The notes beneath the pieces were generated by a model. The model made no database searches, was not told the origin of the DNA, and was given only the letters and a program-made list of their open reading frames with translations. A DNA stretch of 64,000 nt from an uncultured bacterium (GTDB taxonomy: Bacteria > Actinomycetota > Acidimicrobiia > Spongiisociales > UBA5794). The translations under genes were made by a program, and so were the position numbers. Shown here piece by piece: positions 9,343 to 18,481 of the stretch (positions are counted from its first letter, which is position 1; each line of letters begins with the position of its first letter). The stretch spans positions 640,001 to 704,000 of the forward strand of contig CAWDDT010000004.1 of the NCBI GenBank assembly GCA_963801165.1, read 5' to 3'.

Positions 9343-10130
9343 ACGGGGCGGGCCGGTTTGGAGTCGGTTTCCTCATCGGTGTCATACTGGTATCGGCCGT
9401 GACGACCCGCCTCGCCGGCGACGAGGCCACTACGACTACGGAACCGCAGACGAGCCTCGGTACCACTCCGACGACGATCGAGCCCTGGTTCGAACCCGGT
9501 GAGGTGATGATCGGGGCCACGGCGCTCCTGCCGGGGTCACTCGACGTCAAAGACGGCATCGTTACCTTCCACTACGACCTCGTTGGGCTGGCTCCCACGC
9601 TGGTTGAGAACGAAACGGCGCCGGGCCTGGCAATGCCGGCCGGCGACGTCCTCGAGTTTCCCGAGATCTGGCAGCTCACCACGGAGTCGGGCAAGACGGT
9701 CGGTTCCAGTACCGGCCCGTGGGACTCCTCAGTCAGGTTCGAGATGCCGTCTCCCGACGACGAGGTAGCTTCGATCACGCTCACCGGATGGCGTGTCCTC
9801 ATTCACATCGGCGATTCGGTGAGCGTGCCCCTCGAGAACGGGGCGTCGGGCGAGCTGCGGCGGGGAACGGTAACAGTGTCGGCGGTGCTGGAGCAGAGCA
9901 TCTCGACCGTTGTCCATATTGACTTCGAGGGTGCCGAGGATCCGTGGCAGGTCCGGGTAGACCTTCGTCCCCTGGATCCGCATTGGAATGTCTCTAGCCG
10001 TCAAGCTGGTATGCAACTGACCTGGAACGGTACCGACCCACCTCCTACCATCGTGCTTGAAGACGCCGGGTACGACTTGGTTCCCGTTTCCGGCTCGCTC
10101 CTGGTCTACGACGCGGCGGCAACGCCGTGA
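9339..10130 (+). CDS. Hypothetical single-TM protein with Thr-rich linker and beta-rich extracellular domain
   Basis: GTG overlaps the previous stop; N-terminal TM, TTTTEPQ...TTPTT linker. Confidence 0.75.
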   Translation: MNGAGRFGVGFLIGVILVSAVTTRLAGDEATTTTEPQTSLGTTPTTIEPWFEPGEVMIGATALLPGSLDVKDGIVTFHYDLVGLAPTLVENETAPGLAMPAGDVLEFPEIWQLTTESGKTVGSSTGPWDSSVRFEMPSPDDEVASITLTGWRVLIHIGDSVSVPLENGASGELRRGTVTVSAVLEQSISTVVHIDFEGAEDPWQVRVDLRPLDPHWNVSSRQAGMQLTWNGTDPPPTIVLEDAGYDLVPVSGSLLVYDAAATP

Positions 10131-11059
10131 GCCGGATCGACTACGAAGAGCTACTTCGCTCCCCACTGGACGACCTGGACTCGCGGCCACCGTCGCGGGT
10201 AGCGCCGTTGGTGAGCGGCCTCGTCGTCGGTCTGCTCACCGCTTATCTGGTTTTCACTCTGCTGGGGGGCGACGGAGGAGCCGTTGCAGAGGCTCCGCCG
10301 GAAACGACGACCACGACGGTGACGGCCGCAGCAGTCGCGCCGGAATATGCGGCAGGCTACGTCGAGTATGCGCCGGATCTGGCCGCTCGTCCGGAGAAGA
10401 TCGTCGTCGAGGACAACGTAGTGACCGTGGCCTTCACGAGTGTGGTAGCCCGTGGCGCCGACCCCGCGACGACACCCTGGCCACACGGTGGGTCATGGTC
10501 GCTGGAAACCGCCGCCGGGGTGGCGCTCAGGTCCGATCTGGTCGAGTTTGGCGTCTCAAGTCCGGGGGCGTTCTCGGTTCGATTTCCTGCTGCCACGCTC
10601 GGGCCTGGCGAGTTCGATACAGTCCGTCTGCTCGAGCGATGGGACACTGATGAGCTCACGGCGACGGTTTCGCTGCCGTTCGTTGGGGAGCCGATGCGGA
10701 TCGACGAGCCGTTGTCGGTTCCGTTGAGTGAGGAAGTGACTCTGCTGATACCGACTTTGGAGTTGGGGCGCTATCAGGGGTCGATCGACTGGACCATCAG
10801 CGGCGCAGAACTGGGGGCGACGGTGACCTGTGTCGCCAGGCTGCGCGATGGCGACGGCGGTCTCGTGGGAACGTACGAGGCGTCACCGTCGGTCGACGCT
10901 CTGAGCCAGAGCGGACGGATCGATCTCGACTGGCAGCGGCCGTTCGCCGACACCCAGGAGGGTGCCGTGACCGTCGACCTGGAGTGGGTCGTGGACGCCG
11001 CCACGGCCACGCCGACGGCCGTCGAGTTCTCGCTCGATGGAGTGGCGGTGGGCGCGTGA
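10127..11059 (+). CDS. Hypothetical single-TM protein with Thr-rich linker (probable paralogue of the upstream gene)
   Basis: GTGA overlaps at both ends; TM, ETTTTTVT linker; WSLETAAG and SVRF motifs shared with the upstream protein. Confidence 0.75.
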   Translation: MSRIDYEELLRSPLDDLDSRPPSRVAPLVSGLVVGLLTAYLVFTLLGGDGGAVAEAPPETTTTTVTAAAVAPEYAAGYVEYAPDLAARPEKIVVEDNVVTVAFTSVVARGADPATTPWPHGGSWSLETAAGVALRSDLVEFGVSSPGAFSVRFPAATLGPGEFDTVRLLERWDTDELTATVSLPFVGEPMRIDEPLSVPLSEEVTLLIPTLELGRYQGSIDWTISGAELGATVTCVARLRDGDGGLVGTYEASPSVDALSQSGRIDLDWQRPFADTQEGAVTVDLEWVVDAATATPTAVEFSLDGVAVGA

Positions 11060-11814
11060 GCGAGGATCTGACCGCCCTGCTTGCATCCGCCGGGCGGATC
11101 CTTGTGTTCACCGGGGCGGGGATATCGACGCCGAGCGGCATCCCCGACTACCGCGGGCCGCAAGGGGTGTGGAAGACCCGCACCCCCGTGTATTACCACG
11201 AGTTCATGACGTCGGCGGAGCGCCGGCGGGCCTACTGGCAGCAGAAGATGGAGGACGCCGGCACGTGGGGCGCCGCACCGCCGAACCCGGTGCACCACGC
11301 GATCGTCCGGCTCGAGCGGGTCGCGAAGGTGGAGATGGTGGTCACTCAGAATGTGGACGGCCTGCATTCGGCTGCCGGCACGAGCCGCGGAAAGCTGGTC
11401 GAGATCCACGGCACCAACCGCGAAGTCGAATGCCAGACGTGCCGGGAGCGGACGCAACCAGAACCGCATTTTGCGAGCTTCCGGGACACAGGGGAGCCGC
11501 CGGTGTGCCATTGTGGCGGGTTCCTCAAGCCGGCGACGATCAGCTTCGGACAGGACTTGAGAGCGGACGAGATAGCACGGGCCTACGAAGCTGCCGAGCA
11601 TTGCGACCTCGTCGTGGCGCTCGGGTCAACGCTCACCGTCAACCCGGCCGCCTCGATTCCGCTCTATGCCACCCAGCGGGGCACGCCATACGTGATCATC
11701 AACCGGGGTCCGACCGATCACGATCGGCGCTCGGTGGTGACGCTGCGAATCGAGGGCGACGTCGTCGAGGTCTTCCCGCCGGCAGTCGACCGGGCACTCT
11801 CTACGCAGCGTTAG
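11056..11814 (+). CDS. Sir2/CobB family NAD-dependent protein deacylase
   Basis: [29 protein letters not shown], Zn ligands CQTC/CHC, GSTL. Confidence 0.93.
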   Translation: MSEDLTALLASAGRILVFTGAGISTPSGIPDYRGPQGVWKTRTPVYYHEFMTSAERRRAYWQQKMEDAGTWGAAPPNPVHHAIVRLERVAKVEMVVTQNVDGLHSAAGTSRGKLVEIHGTNREVECQTCRERTQPEPHFASFRDTGEPPVCHCGGFLKPATISFGQDLRADEIARAYEAAEHCDLVVALGSTLTVNPAASIPLYATQRGTPYVIINRGPTDHDRRSVVTLRIEGDVVEVFPPAVDRALSTQR

Positions 11815-11845
11815 TCTCGGGACAGGTCCAGCGAGGAGAACAGCG

Positions 11846-13234
11846 ATGCGCATCGAGCGCGATTCCATGGGCGAGGTCCAGGTTCCGGACGACGCCTACT
11901 ACGGCGCTTCGACACAGCGCGCCGTCGACAACTTCCCCATCTCCGATCTGCGGTTCAGCCGGCGCTTCATCTGGGCGCTCGGGTTGTTGAAGGGATCCGC
12001 AGCTCGTGTGTCGGGTCCCTCTGGATACGTCGACACGGCTAAGGCGGACGCCATCGCCGCCGCCGCCGATGAGGTGCGCGACGGTGACTTCGATCACCAA
12101 TTCGTGCTCGACATCTTTCAGACGGGATCGGGCACCTCGACCAACACGAACGCCAACGAGGTCATCGCGCATCGAGCATCGGAGCTGATCAGCGGCGACT
12201 TCCTGTCCAAGGACGTTCACCCCAACGATCACGTCAACTTCGGTCAGTCGTCCAACGACGTCATCCCGGCCGCCATCCATATCGCGGCGGTCGCCGCCAT
12301 CCGTGAGGACCTGATCCCTGCGCTCGACAAGCTGGGTGGGGCGCTGCGAGCCAAGGCGGAGGAGTTCGAAGATGTGGTCAAGTCGGGCCGGACGCACCTC
12401 ATGGATGCCACTCCGGTGACCCTCGGCCAGGAGTTCGGCGGATACGCCACGCAAATCGAGAAGGGCAAGGAGCGCATCGAGAGGATCCTGCCCGAGCTGG
12501 AGGAGCTGGCCCTGGGCGGCACGGCGGTTGGCACCGGGCTGAACGCCCCGAACGGGTTTCCGGCAGCGGTGATCGCCGACATCGCGGCAATCACGGGCTA
12601 TCCGTTTCGGGAGGCCGGCAACCATTTCGAAGCCCAGGCAGCCAAGGATGCGGCTGTGAGTACCTCCGGTGGCCTCAAGACCGTCGCCACTTCTATGTTC
12701 AAGATCGCCAACGACCTGCGCTGGCTGTCGAGCGGTCCCCGGACGGGTATCGCAGAGATCCAGTTGCCGTCTCTGCAGCCGGGCTCGTCGATCATGCCGG
12801 GAAAGGTGAACCCGGTGATGTCTGAGATGGTCATGCAGGTTGCGGCGCAGGTCATCGGCAACGACGTCGCCATCACCTGGGGTGGCGCCAACGGCAACTT
12901 CGAGCTCAACGTGATGATGCCGGTCATCGCCTACAACCTGCTCCAGTCGATCAGCCTGCTCGCCAATGCCGCGGACAACTTCGCCGACAAGTGCGTGGCC
13001 GGCATCGTCGCCAACGCCGACCGGGCTCGTGAGCTCGTTGAGCGCAACATCATCGTGGTCACTGCGCTCAACCCGCACATCGGCTACGACAAGGGTGCGA
13101 TCGCCGCGAAAGAGGCATTCGCCACGGGCCGTAACGTCGCCGACGTAGTAGTCGACAAGGGCTGGCTCACCAGAGAGCAGGTCACAGAGCTGCTCGACAT
13201 CAAGCGATTGACAGAAGGCGGGGTCGTCGCCTGA
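11846..13234 (+). CDS. fumC: Class II fumarate hydratase
   Basis: [46 protein letters not shown]. Confidence 0.93.
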   Translation: MRIERDSMGEVQVPDDAYYGASTQRAVDNFPISDLRFSRRFIWALGLLKGSAARVSGPSGYVDTAKADAIAAAADEVRDGDFDHQFVLDIFQTGSGTSTNTNANEVIAHRASELISGDFLSKDVHPNDHVNFGQSSNDVIPAAIHIAAVAAIREDLIPALDKLGGALRAKAEEFEDVVKSGRTHLMDATPVTLGQEFGGYATQIEKGKERIERILPELEELALGGTAVGTGLNAPNGFPAAVIADIAAITGYPFREAGNHFEAQAAKDAAVSTSGGLKTVATSMFKIANDLRWLSSGPRTGIAEIQLPSLQPGSSIMPGKVNPVMSEMVMQVAAQVIGNDVAITWGGANGNFELNVMMPVIAYNLLQSISLLANAADNFADKCVAGIVANADRARELVERNIIVVTALNPHIGYDKGAIAAKEAFATGRNVADVVVDKGWLTREQVTELLDIKRLTEGGVVA

Positions 13235-13263
13235 TTGGCGCTGGGCGACCAATCAGATTCTTT

Positions 13264-13489
13264 CCTCTCCCTTTGGGAGAGGATGCCGAGCGGAGCGAAG
13301 GCAGGTGAGGGCCTTTCCTCTTTCCTCTTTCCTCTCCCTTTGGGAGAGGATGCCGAGCGGAGCGAAGGCAGGTGAGGGCCTTGGTTGTCGCACGGTTCGC
13401 CAGGTGGGCCACCGGGTGAGTTCGAAGCCCAACTCGAACCTGACTGAAGGTCAGGCGATGGCAGGTGAGGGCCTTGGTTGTCGCACGGT
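13264..13489. repeat. Cluster of REP-like palindromic repeats: two identical 52-bp units (13264-13315, 13331-13382), TTTCCTC x3, a 30-bp direct repeat (13367-13396, 13460-13489) and a double hairpin (13418-13455)
   Basis: CCTCTCCCTTTGGGAGAGG stem followed by GCGGAGCGAAGGCAGGTGAGGGCC; a related copy lies at 48351. Confidence 0.9.
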
Positions 13490-13565
13490 GTCGCAGGACG
13501 GTGGGGCGTTCCCGTCGGGGCTAAACGGCGAGTAGCTTTCGGACCGGTAGCGATCGGGAGGGTGG

Positions 13566-14147
13566 ATGGAGACCAAGCGGCTAGAGGCGTTCAGCGATGG
13601 GGTACTCGCCATCCTCATCACCATCATGGTGCTCGAGCTGAGGGTGCCCGAAGGGGACGATCTGTCGTCGCTACGGGGCCTGTGGCCGGTGTTTCTCAGT
13701 TACGTGCTCAGCTTCGTCTTCCTGGCCATCTACTGGAACAACCATCACCACCTCCTTGCCGCGGCCAGGCGGGTGAATGGTGCGGTGATGTGGTCGAACA
13801 TCCACCTCCTGTTCTGGCTGTCGCTGGTGCCGTTCGTTACCGGCTGGATGGGCGAGAACCGGTTCGCACCGGTGCCCACCGCCGCTTACGGAGTCATCCT
13901 GCTGCTGGCGGCGATCGCTTACGTCATCCTCCAGGGCCGGATTCTGGCGCTGGAGGGGCCGGACTCGACCCTTGCACGCGCCGTCGGAACCGACTGGAAG
14001 GGGAAGCTGTCGCCCGTCCTGTATGCGGTCGCCATTCCATCGGCGTTCATCCACCAGGCGATCGCAGGCGGGCTGTACGCGGCGGTGGCGCTGATCTGGT
14101 TGATTCCCGACCGCCGCATCGAGCGCGCCCTCGCCGACGCCCCGTGA
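13566..14147 (+). CDS. TMEM175 (DUF1211) family potassium channel
   Basis: RLEAFSDGVLAILITIMVLEL, YWNNHHH, WLIPDRRIE. Confidence 0.9.
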   Translation: METKRLEAFSDGVLAILITIMVLELRVPEGDDLSSLRGLWPVFLSYVLSFVFLAIYWNNHHHLLAAARRVNGAVMWSNIHLLFWLSLVPFVTGWMGENRFAPVPTAAYGVILLLAAIAYVILQGRILALEGPDSTLARAVGTDWKGKLSPVLYAVAIPSAFIHQAIAGGLYAAVALIWLIPDRRIERALADAP

Positions 14148-14187
14148 GCCTCCTGGATTCGTCACCGCGGCGATCCGTGCCAGACTC

Positions 14188-14252
14188 ACAGTGACGCTTG
14201 GAAACAGTGACGCTAGGAAACAGTGACGCTAGGAAACAGTGACGCTCAGGAA
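14188..14252. repeat. Tandem repeat, 16-bp unit ACAGTGACGCTAGGAA x4, immediately upstream of pncB
   Basis: Units at 14188, 14204, 14220 and 14236 (last has a 1-nt insertion). Confidence 0.93.
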
Positions 14253-14260
14253 AGATAACA

Positions 14261-15805
14261 ATGACCATTGATTTCGGCCGGGTGCGTGAGGGAATGCTGT
14301 TCACTGATCAATACCAGCTCACCATGGCGCAGCTGTACTTCCGTAGGGGGCTCCACGAGCGGTCGGCGGAGTTCGACTATTACTTCCGCCGCTACCCCGA
14401 CTACGGGCGGCATCAGGCAGGCTATGCGGTCTTTGCCGGGTTGGACCCGCTGCTGGAGTGGATGGAGGAGGTCCACTTCACGGACGTGGATCTGTCTCTG
14501 TTGCGCAGCCAGACCAGCGCAACCGGGGAGCGGAGGTTCGATGAGGACTTCCTCCAGTGGCTGGCCGACAACGGGAGCTTCGGCCAGGTTGTGATCAAGG
14601 CCGTTCCCGAAGGCAGGATCGTCCACGCCAACGCACCGATCGCACTCGTCCAGGGCCCGCTCGCCATCGTCCAGATCCTCGAGACGTCGCTGCTGAACCA
14701 TCTCAACTACCCAACTCTGATCGCCACGAAGGCATCACGTATCCACGAGGCGGCAGGCGGCCGACCCGCGCTGGAGTTCGGGATGCGGCGCGGCCCGGCT
14801 TCAGGCGCAAACCCGGGTGGGCGGGCCGCCCTCATCGGTGGCGCTGATTTCACATCGAACGTTGCGGTCTCCCACCAGATGGGTGTCGACCCGAAGGGGA
14901 CCCATGCTCACTCGATGGTTCAGGTGTTCATGGCGCTCGGTGAGGGCGAGTTGGAGGCCTTCCGGGCCTATGCCGACGTCTACCCGGACGACTGCATCCT
15001 TCTCGTGGACACCATCAACACCCTCAGGTCGGGGGTGCCCAACGCCATCAAGGTGTTCGAGGAGATGCGTGCCTCAGGGCATGAACCGGTCGGCATCCGG
15101 CTCGACTCGGGCGACCTCGCCTACTTGAGCATCGAGGCGGCCGAGATGCTCGACGCTGCGGGGTTTGAGAACGTTCAGATCGTCCTGTCCGGCAACCTGG
15201 ACGAGCTCGAGATCTGGCAGATCAGGGCGCAGATCCTCGACGAGTTCGCCCGGGCCGGCAGGGATCCGTCCCATCTCATGGGTAGGCTCGTCTACGGGGT
15301 CGGGACCAGGCTGATCACATCTCAAGGTCACGAGGCGCTAGACGGTGTCTACAAGCTGGTGGCGCTGCGCGATGGCGACGAATGGGTGCCTGCCATAAAG
15401 GTCTCGGATAGCCCGGAGAAGGTACCGATTCCGGGAGACAAGCAGATCTGGCGTGTCTACGACCGGAGGGGGCGGGCCACGGCCGATGTGATCGGCACGG
15501 CCGATGAGACATTCCCGAGTGGCGACGTCATGCTTCACCACCCTCACCGTATCGGGGTGAGCCGGGTCATCGAGGGCAAAGACATCACCCGGATCGAGGA
15601 CCTGGTGGTCGAGGTGTTCCGCGCCGGCAAGCGGGTTGGCGTGTCCCCGGATCTCGCCGAGATGCGGGCCCGCAGGATCGACGATCTTGACAGGCTCGAT
15701 GTCGGTGTCCGCCGTCTGGTGAACCCGCACATCTACCACGTCTCCCTCACCGGCAAGATGAAGCAACTCCAGCTGGACCTGATCGCCGAAGCCAGAGGCA
15801 AGTGA
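14261..15805 (+). CDS. pncB: Nicotinate phosphoribosyltransferase
   Basis: LFTDQYQLTM, LEFGMRR, GTHAHS, LVDT, GIRLDSGDL, GVYKLV. Confidence 0.92.
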   Translation: MTIDFGRVREGMLFTDQYQLTMAQLYFRRGLHERSAEFDYYFRRYPDYGRHQAGYAVFAGLDPLLEWMEEVHFTDVDLSLLRSQTSATGERRFDEDFLQWLADNGSFGQVVIKAVPEGRIVHANAPIALVQGPLAIVQILETSLLNHLNYPTLIATKASRIHEAAGGRPALEFGMRRGPASGANPGGRAALIGGADFTSNVAVSHQMGVDPKGTHAHSMVQVFMALGEGELEAFRAYADVYPDDCILLVDTINTLRSGVPNAIKVFEEMRASGHEPVGIRLDSGDLAYLSIEAAEMLDAAGFENVQIVLSGNLDELEIWQIRAQILDEFARAGRDPSHLMGRLVYGVGTRLITSQGHEALDGVYKLVALRDGDEWVPAIKVSDSPEKVPIPGDKQIWRVYDRRGRATADVIGTADETFPSGDVMLHHPHRIGVSRVIEGKDITRIEDLVVEVFRAGKRVGVSPDLAEMRARRIDDLDRLDVGVRRLVNPHIYHVSLTGKMKQLQLDLIAEARGK

Positions 15806-15876
15806 CTCCATCGTTCCGACGTACACCACGCCTACATCCAGGCACGAGGTCCGCACGACGACGGGAAGGGGGTTGG

Positions 15877-16323
15877 TCAGCCGGCGTGCTGGAGGGCGTC
15901 GGCGAGGGTCGTCCAGGGAAGATCGGCGCACTTGATCCGTACCGGGAACTTGCGGACGCCTTGAAGCGCCTCGAGGTCGCCGAGCACGGCACCGGGACGG
16001 GCCGGATCGACCGGGCTCTCACCGTCCTCGATCGCCATCATCCGCTTGAACAGCGAGGTCAGCTCGCGTACCTCGTCGAGTGATTTCCCCACGATGGCGT
16101 CTGCCATCATCGATCCCGACGCCTGTGAGATGGAGCAACCCTGACCTTGTGTGCCGACGCCGACGACCACGCTGTCCTGCACCGTTACGTCGAGCGAGAA
16201 CTCGTCGCCGCACGAGGGGTTCAACCCTTCGGCATGGAACTGGGCATCATCCAACTTTCCCCGATGTCTGGGGTTGCGGTAGTGATCCAGGATCACTTCT
16301 CTGTATAGCTCTTCGAGTGCCAT
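15877..16323 (-). CDS. sufU: SUF system NifU-family scaffold/sulfur-transfer protein SufU
   Basis: LYREVILDHYRNPR, NPSCGD, GQGCSISQASGSMM, PVRIKCA. Confidence 0.93.
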   Translation of the reverse strand: MALEELYREVILDHYRNPRHRGKLDDAQFHAEGLNPSCGDEFSLDVTVQDSVVVGVGTQGQGCSISQASGSMMADAIVGKSLDEVRELTSLFKRMMAIEDGESPVDPARPGAVLGDLEALQGVRKFPVRIKCADLPWTTLADALQHAG

Positions 16324-16445
16324 TTCGTCTTTGCTTGGTTTGTGAGTACACAACGATACCGTCGGTCGTCCCCGGTCGAAACCGGGAGGGGCCCGTTGCC
16401 CGGTGTGCGCTGCGTCTCGCCACTGCCAAAGCGAGGGCGGCCGGG

Positions 16446-17669
16446 TCAGTTCAGCCCGAACAGCTCCCGAGCCTTGTAGAGCGAGGTGACGAGTTGATCG
16501 ATGTCCTCTCTGACTGTGTAGATATAGAACGACGCCCTGGTGGTGGATTGCACGTCGAGGTAGCGCATCAGGGGCTTGGCGCAATGATGACCGGCACGCA
16601 CCGCCACCCCGTCCTGATCGAGGATCGTGGCGACATCGTGGGGGTGCACGTCGCCTAGCTGAAAGCTGACAGCCCCACCCCGGATGGCAACGTCGGTGGG
16701 CCCGACGATCTGGACATCGGGGATCTCGGAGAGCCTGTCCAGGGCATAGGAGGTGATGTCGACCTCGTGCTCGCGGACAGCCGCCATCCCGATCTTCTCG
16801 AGGTAGTCGACCGCGGCGCCGAAACCCACGGCCTGTGCGATCGGTGGTGTACCCGCCTCGAATTTATGGGGTATGGGCGCCCAGCGCGATTCGTAGAGCT
16901 GGACGTCGGCGATCATCTCACCGCCACCATCCGCAGGCTCCATCTCTTCGAGGATCTCGCGGCGTCCCCACAGCCCACCGATCCCGGTGGGGCCGAGCAT
17001 CTTGTGGCCGCTGAAAGCCAGGAAATCCGCTCCGATGTCAGTTACGTTGGTGGGCAGGTGTGGTACCGACTGCGCCCCGTCGATGATGGCGATGGCACCG
17101 ATCGAATGGGCGGCCTGCACCAACTCGGTGACCGAGCCGATGGCCCCGGTGACGTTGGACATCCCGGTAACGCTGACGATCTTGACCCTGGAGTCCATCA
17201 CCTGGTCCAGGCGGGATAGATCGACCTGGTAGTTCTCGTCGAGGTCCAGGTAGACGAGCTCCGCACCCGTATGACGGGCGATGATTTGCCACGGTACGAG
17301 ATTGGAGTGGTGCTCCATCACCGTCAGGACCACCCGGTCACCCTCGTGGAGCCGGTTGAGCCCCCAGCCGTATGCGACCATGTTTATGGCCGACGTGGTA
17401 CCCCGCGTGAATACGACCTCGCTCGACGAGTCGGCCCCGATGAAGCGTGCGATCTTGGCGCGGGCGCCCTCATATGCGGACGTCGCTTCTTCCGCCAGCG
17501 TGTGGGCGCCCCGATGGACGTTGGAGTTGTAGTTGCGGTAGTAGTCGGACACCGCGTCGATAACCTGGTTTGGCTTCTGCGTGGTCGCAGACGAATCCAG
17601 GTAGGCGAGACGCTTCCCATTGATCTTGCGGTCGAGGATCGGGAAGTCGGCCCGGAGATGATCGAGCAT
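16446..17669 (-). CDS. sufS: Cysteine desulfurase SufS
   Basis: YLDSSATTQKP, MEHHSNLVPWQ, FSGHKMLGPTG, RAGHHCA. Confidence 0.96.
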   Translation of the reverse strand: MLDHLRADFPILDRKINGKRLAYLDSSATTQKPNQVIDAVSDYYRNYNSNVHRGAHTLAEEATSAYEGARAKIARFIGADSSSEVVFTRGTTSAINMVAYGWGLNRLHEGDRVVLTVMEHHSNLVPWQIIARHTGAELVYLDLDENYQVDLSRLDQVMDSRVKIVSVTGMSNVTGAIGSVTELVQAAHSIGAIAIIDGAQSVPHLPTNVTDIGADFLAFSGHKMLGPTGIGGLWGRREILEEMEPADGGGEMIADVQLYESRWAPIPHKFEAGTPPIAQAVGFGAAVDYLEKIGMAAVREHEVDITSYALDRLSEIPDVQIVGPTDVAIRGGAVSFQLGDVHPHDVATILDQDGVAVRAGHHCAKPLMRYLDVQSTTRASFYIYTVREDIDQLVTSLYKARELFGLN

Positions 17670-18418
17670 CAGCCGGCTCCGACCCGGTAGTCGTCGTATC
17701 CGGTCTCCTCGATTGCCTTAGCCAGCTCCGCGTCGCCCGTTTCGACGATCTTCCCGTCGACAAAGACGTGGACGATGTCGGGTGTGATGTAGTCGAGCAT
17801 CCGCTGATAGTGAGTGATGATCAGAAAGGCGCGCTCGGGAGAGTGGAGACGCTGGACGGCCTCGGCAACGGTGCGCAGTGCGTCTATGTCGAGGCCCGAG
17901 TCGGTCTCATCGAGGATGGCGAGCTCGGGGTCGAGCACAGTCATCTGGAGCACCTCGTTTCGCTTTCTCTCACCGCCGGAGAATCCTTCGTTGAGGTAAC
18001 GGTTGGCAAACGACTGGTCCATGCCGAGCTCCTTCATGGCTTCGGCCACCTTCAGCCTCAGCTCGAGCACGGTGTAGTCGGTACCGGTGCGGTTGGAGAG
18101 GGCGGCCCGAAGGAAGTTGAGCACCGACACGCCCGGGATCTCCTCCGGGTACTGGAAACCGAGGAACATCCCGGCCCGACCGCGGGCGTCCGAGGTCCAT
18201 GCCGTGATGTCATCGCCCTTGTAGTAGATGCGTCCCTGGGTGACCACATAGCCGGGATGACCGAGTAGTACGTTCGACAGCGTCGACTTCCCGGATCCGT
18301 TTGGTCCCATCAGCGCGTGCACCTGGCCCCGCTCGATTGTCAGGTTCATGCCTTTGATGATCTCGACATCGCCCGCGGAGGCGTGGAGGTCGTCGATTAC
18401 GAGTAGAGGTGTCGTCAT
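17669..18418 (-). CDS. sufC: Fe-S cluster assembly ATPase SufC (paralogue 2)
   Basis: HALMGPNGSGKST, FQYPEEIPGV, NEGFSGGERKRNE, ILDETDSGLDIDA, ITHYQR; TATCCT -10 lies 7 nt before the ATG at 18418. Confidence 0.94.
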   Translation of the reverse strand: MTTPLLVIDDLHASAGDVEIIKGMNLTIERGQVHALMGPNGSGKSTLSNVLLGHPGYVVTQGRIYYKGDDITAWTSDARGRAGMFLGFQYPEEIPGVSVLNFLRAALSNRTGTDYTVLELRLKVAEAMKELGMDQSFANRYLNEGFSGGERKRNEVLQMTVLDPELAILDETDSGLDIDALRTVAEAVQRLHSPERAFLIITHYQRMLDYITPDIVHVFVDGKIVETGDAELAKAIEETGYDDYRVGAG

Positions 18419-18450
18419 GAGGCGAAGGATAGCTCGGTTGTTCACGGTTC

Positions 18451-18474
18451 TAACCACTACGCGGCTAGTGCTAT
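18451..18474 (-). promoter_or_regulatory. Candidate operator upstream of sufC2-sufS (ATAGCACTA-N6-TAGTGGTTA)
   Basis: Imperfect inverted repeat matching the motif at 166-189. Confidence 0.55.
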
Positions 18475-18481
18475 TTGGCTC

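Noticed and set aside
11056-11814. Sirtuins as anti-phage NADases (Thoeris/DSR/Sir2-HerA)
   Set aside because: Both are about 250-aa canonical Zn-binding CobB-like deacylases in housekeeping contexts with no defence partner genes.
11801-13252. Long antisense ORFs (e.g. 11801-13252, 21667-22923, 28193-29269, 30792-32423, 42833-44143)
   Set aside because: Shadow frames opposite well-supported genes, expected in high-GC DNA; no recognisable motifs.
13264-13489. Possible mini-CRISPR or IS ends
   Set aside because: Only two 52-bp units, joined by low-complexity TTTCCTC; no regular spacers, no transposase and no terminal inverted-repeat/target-duplication pair.
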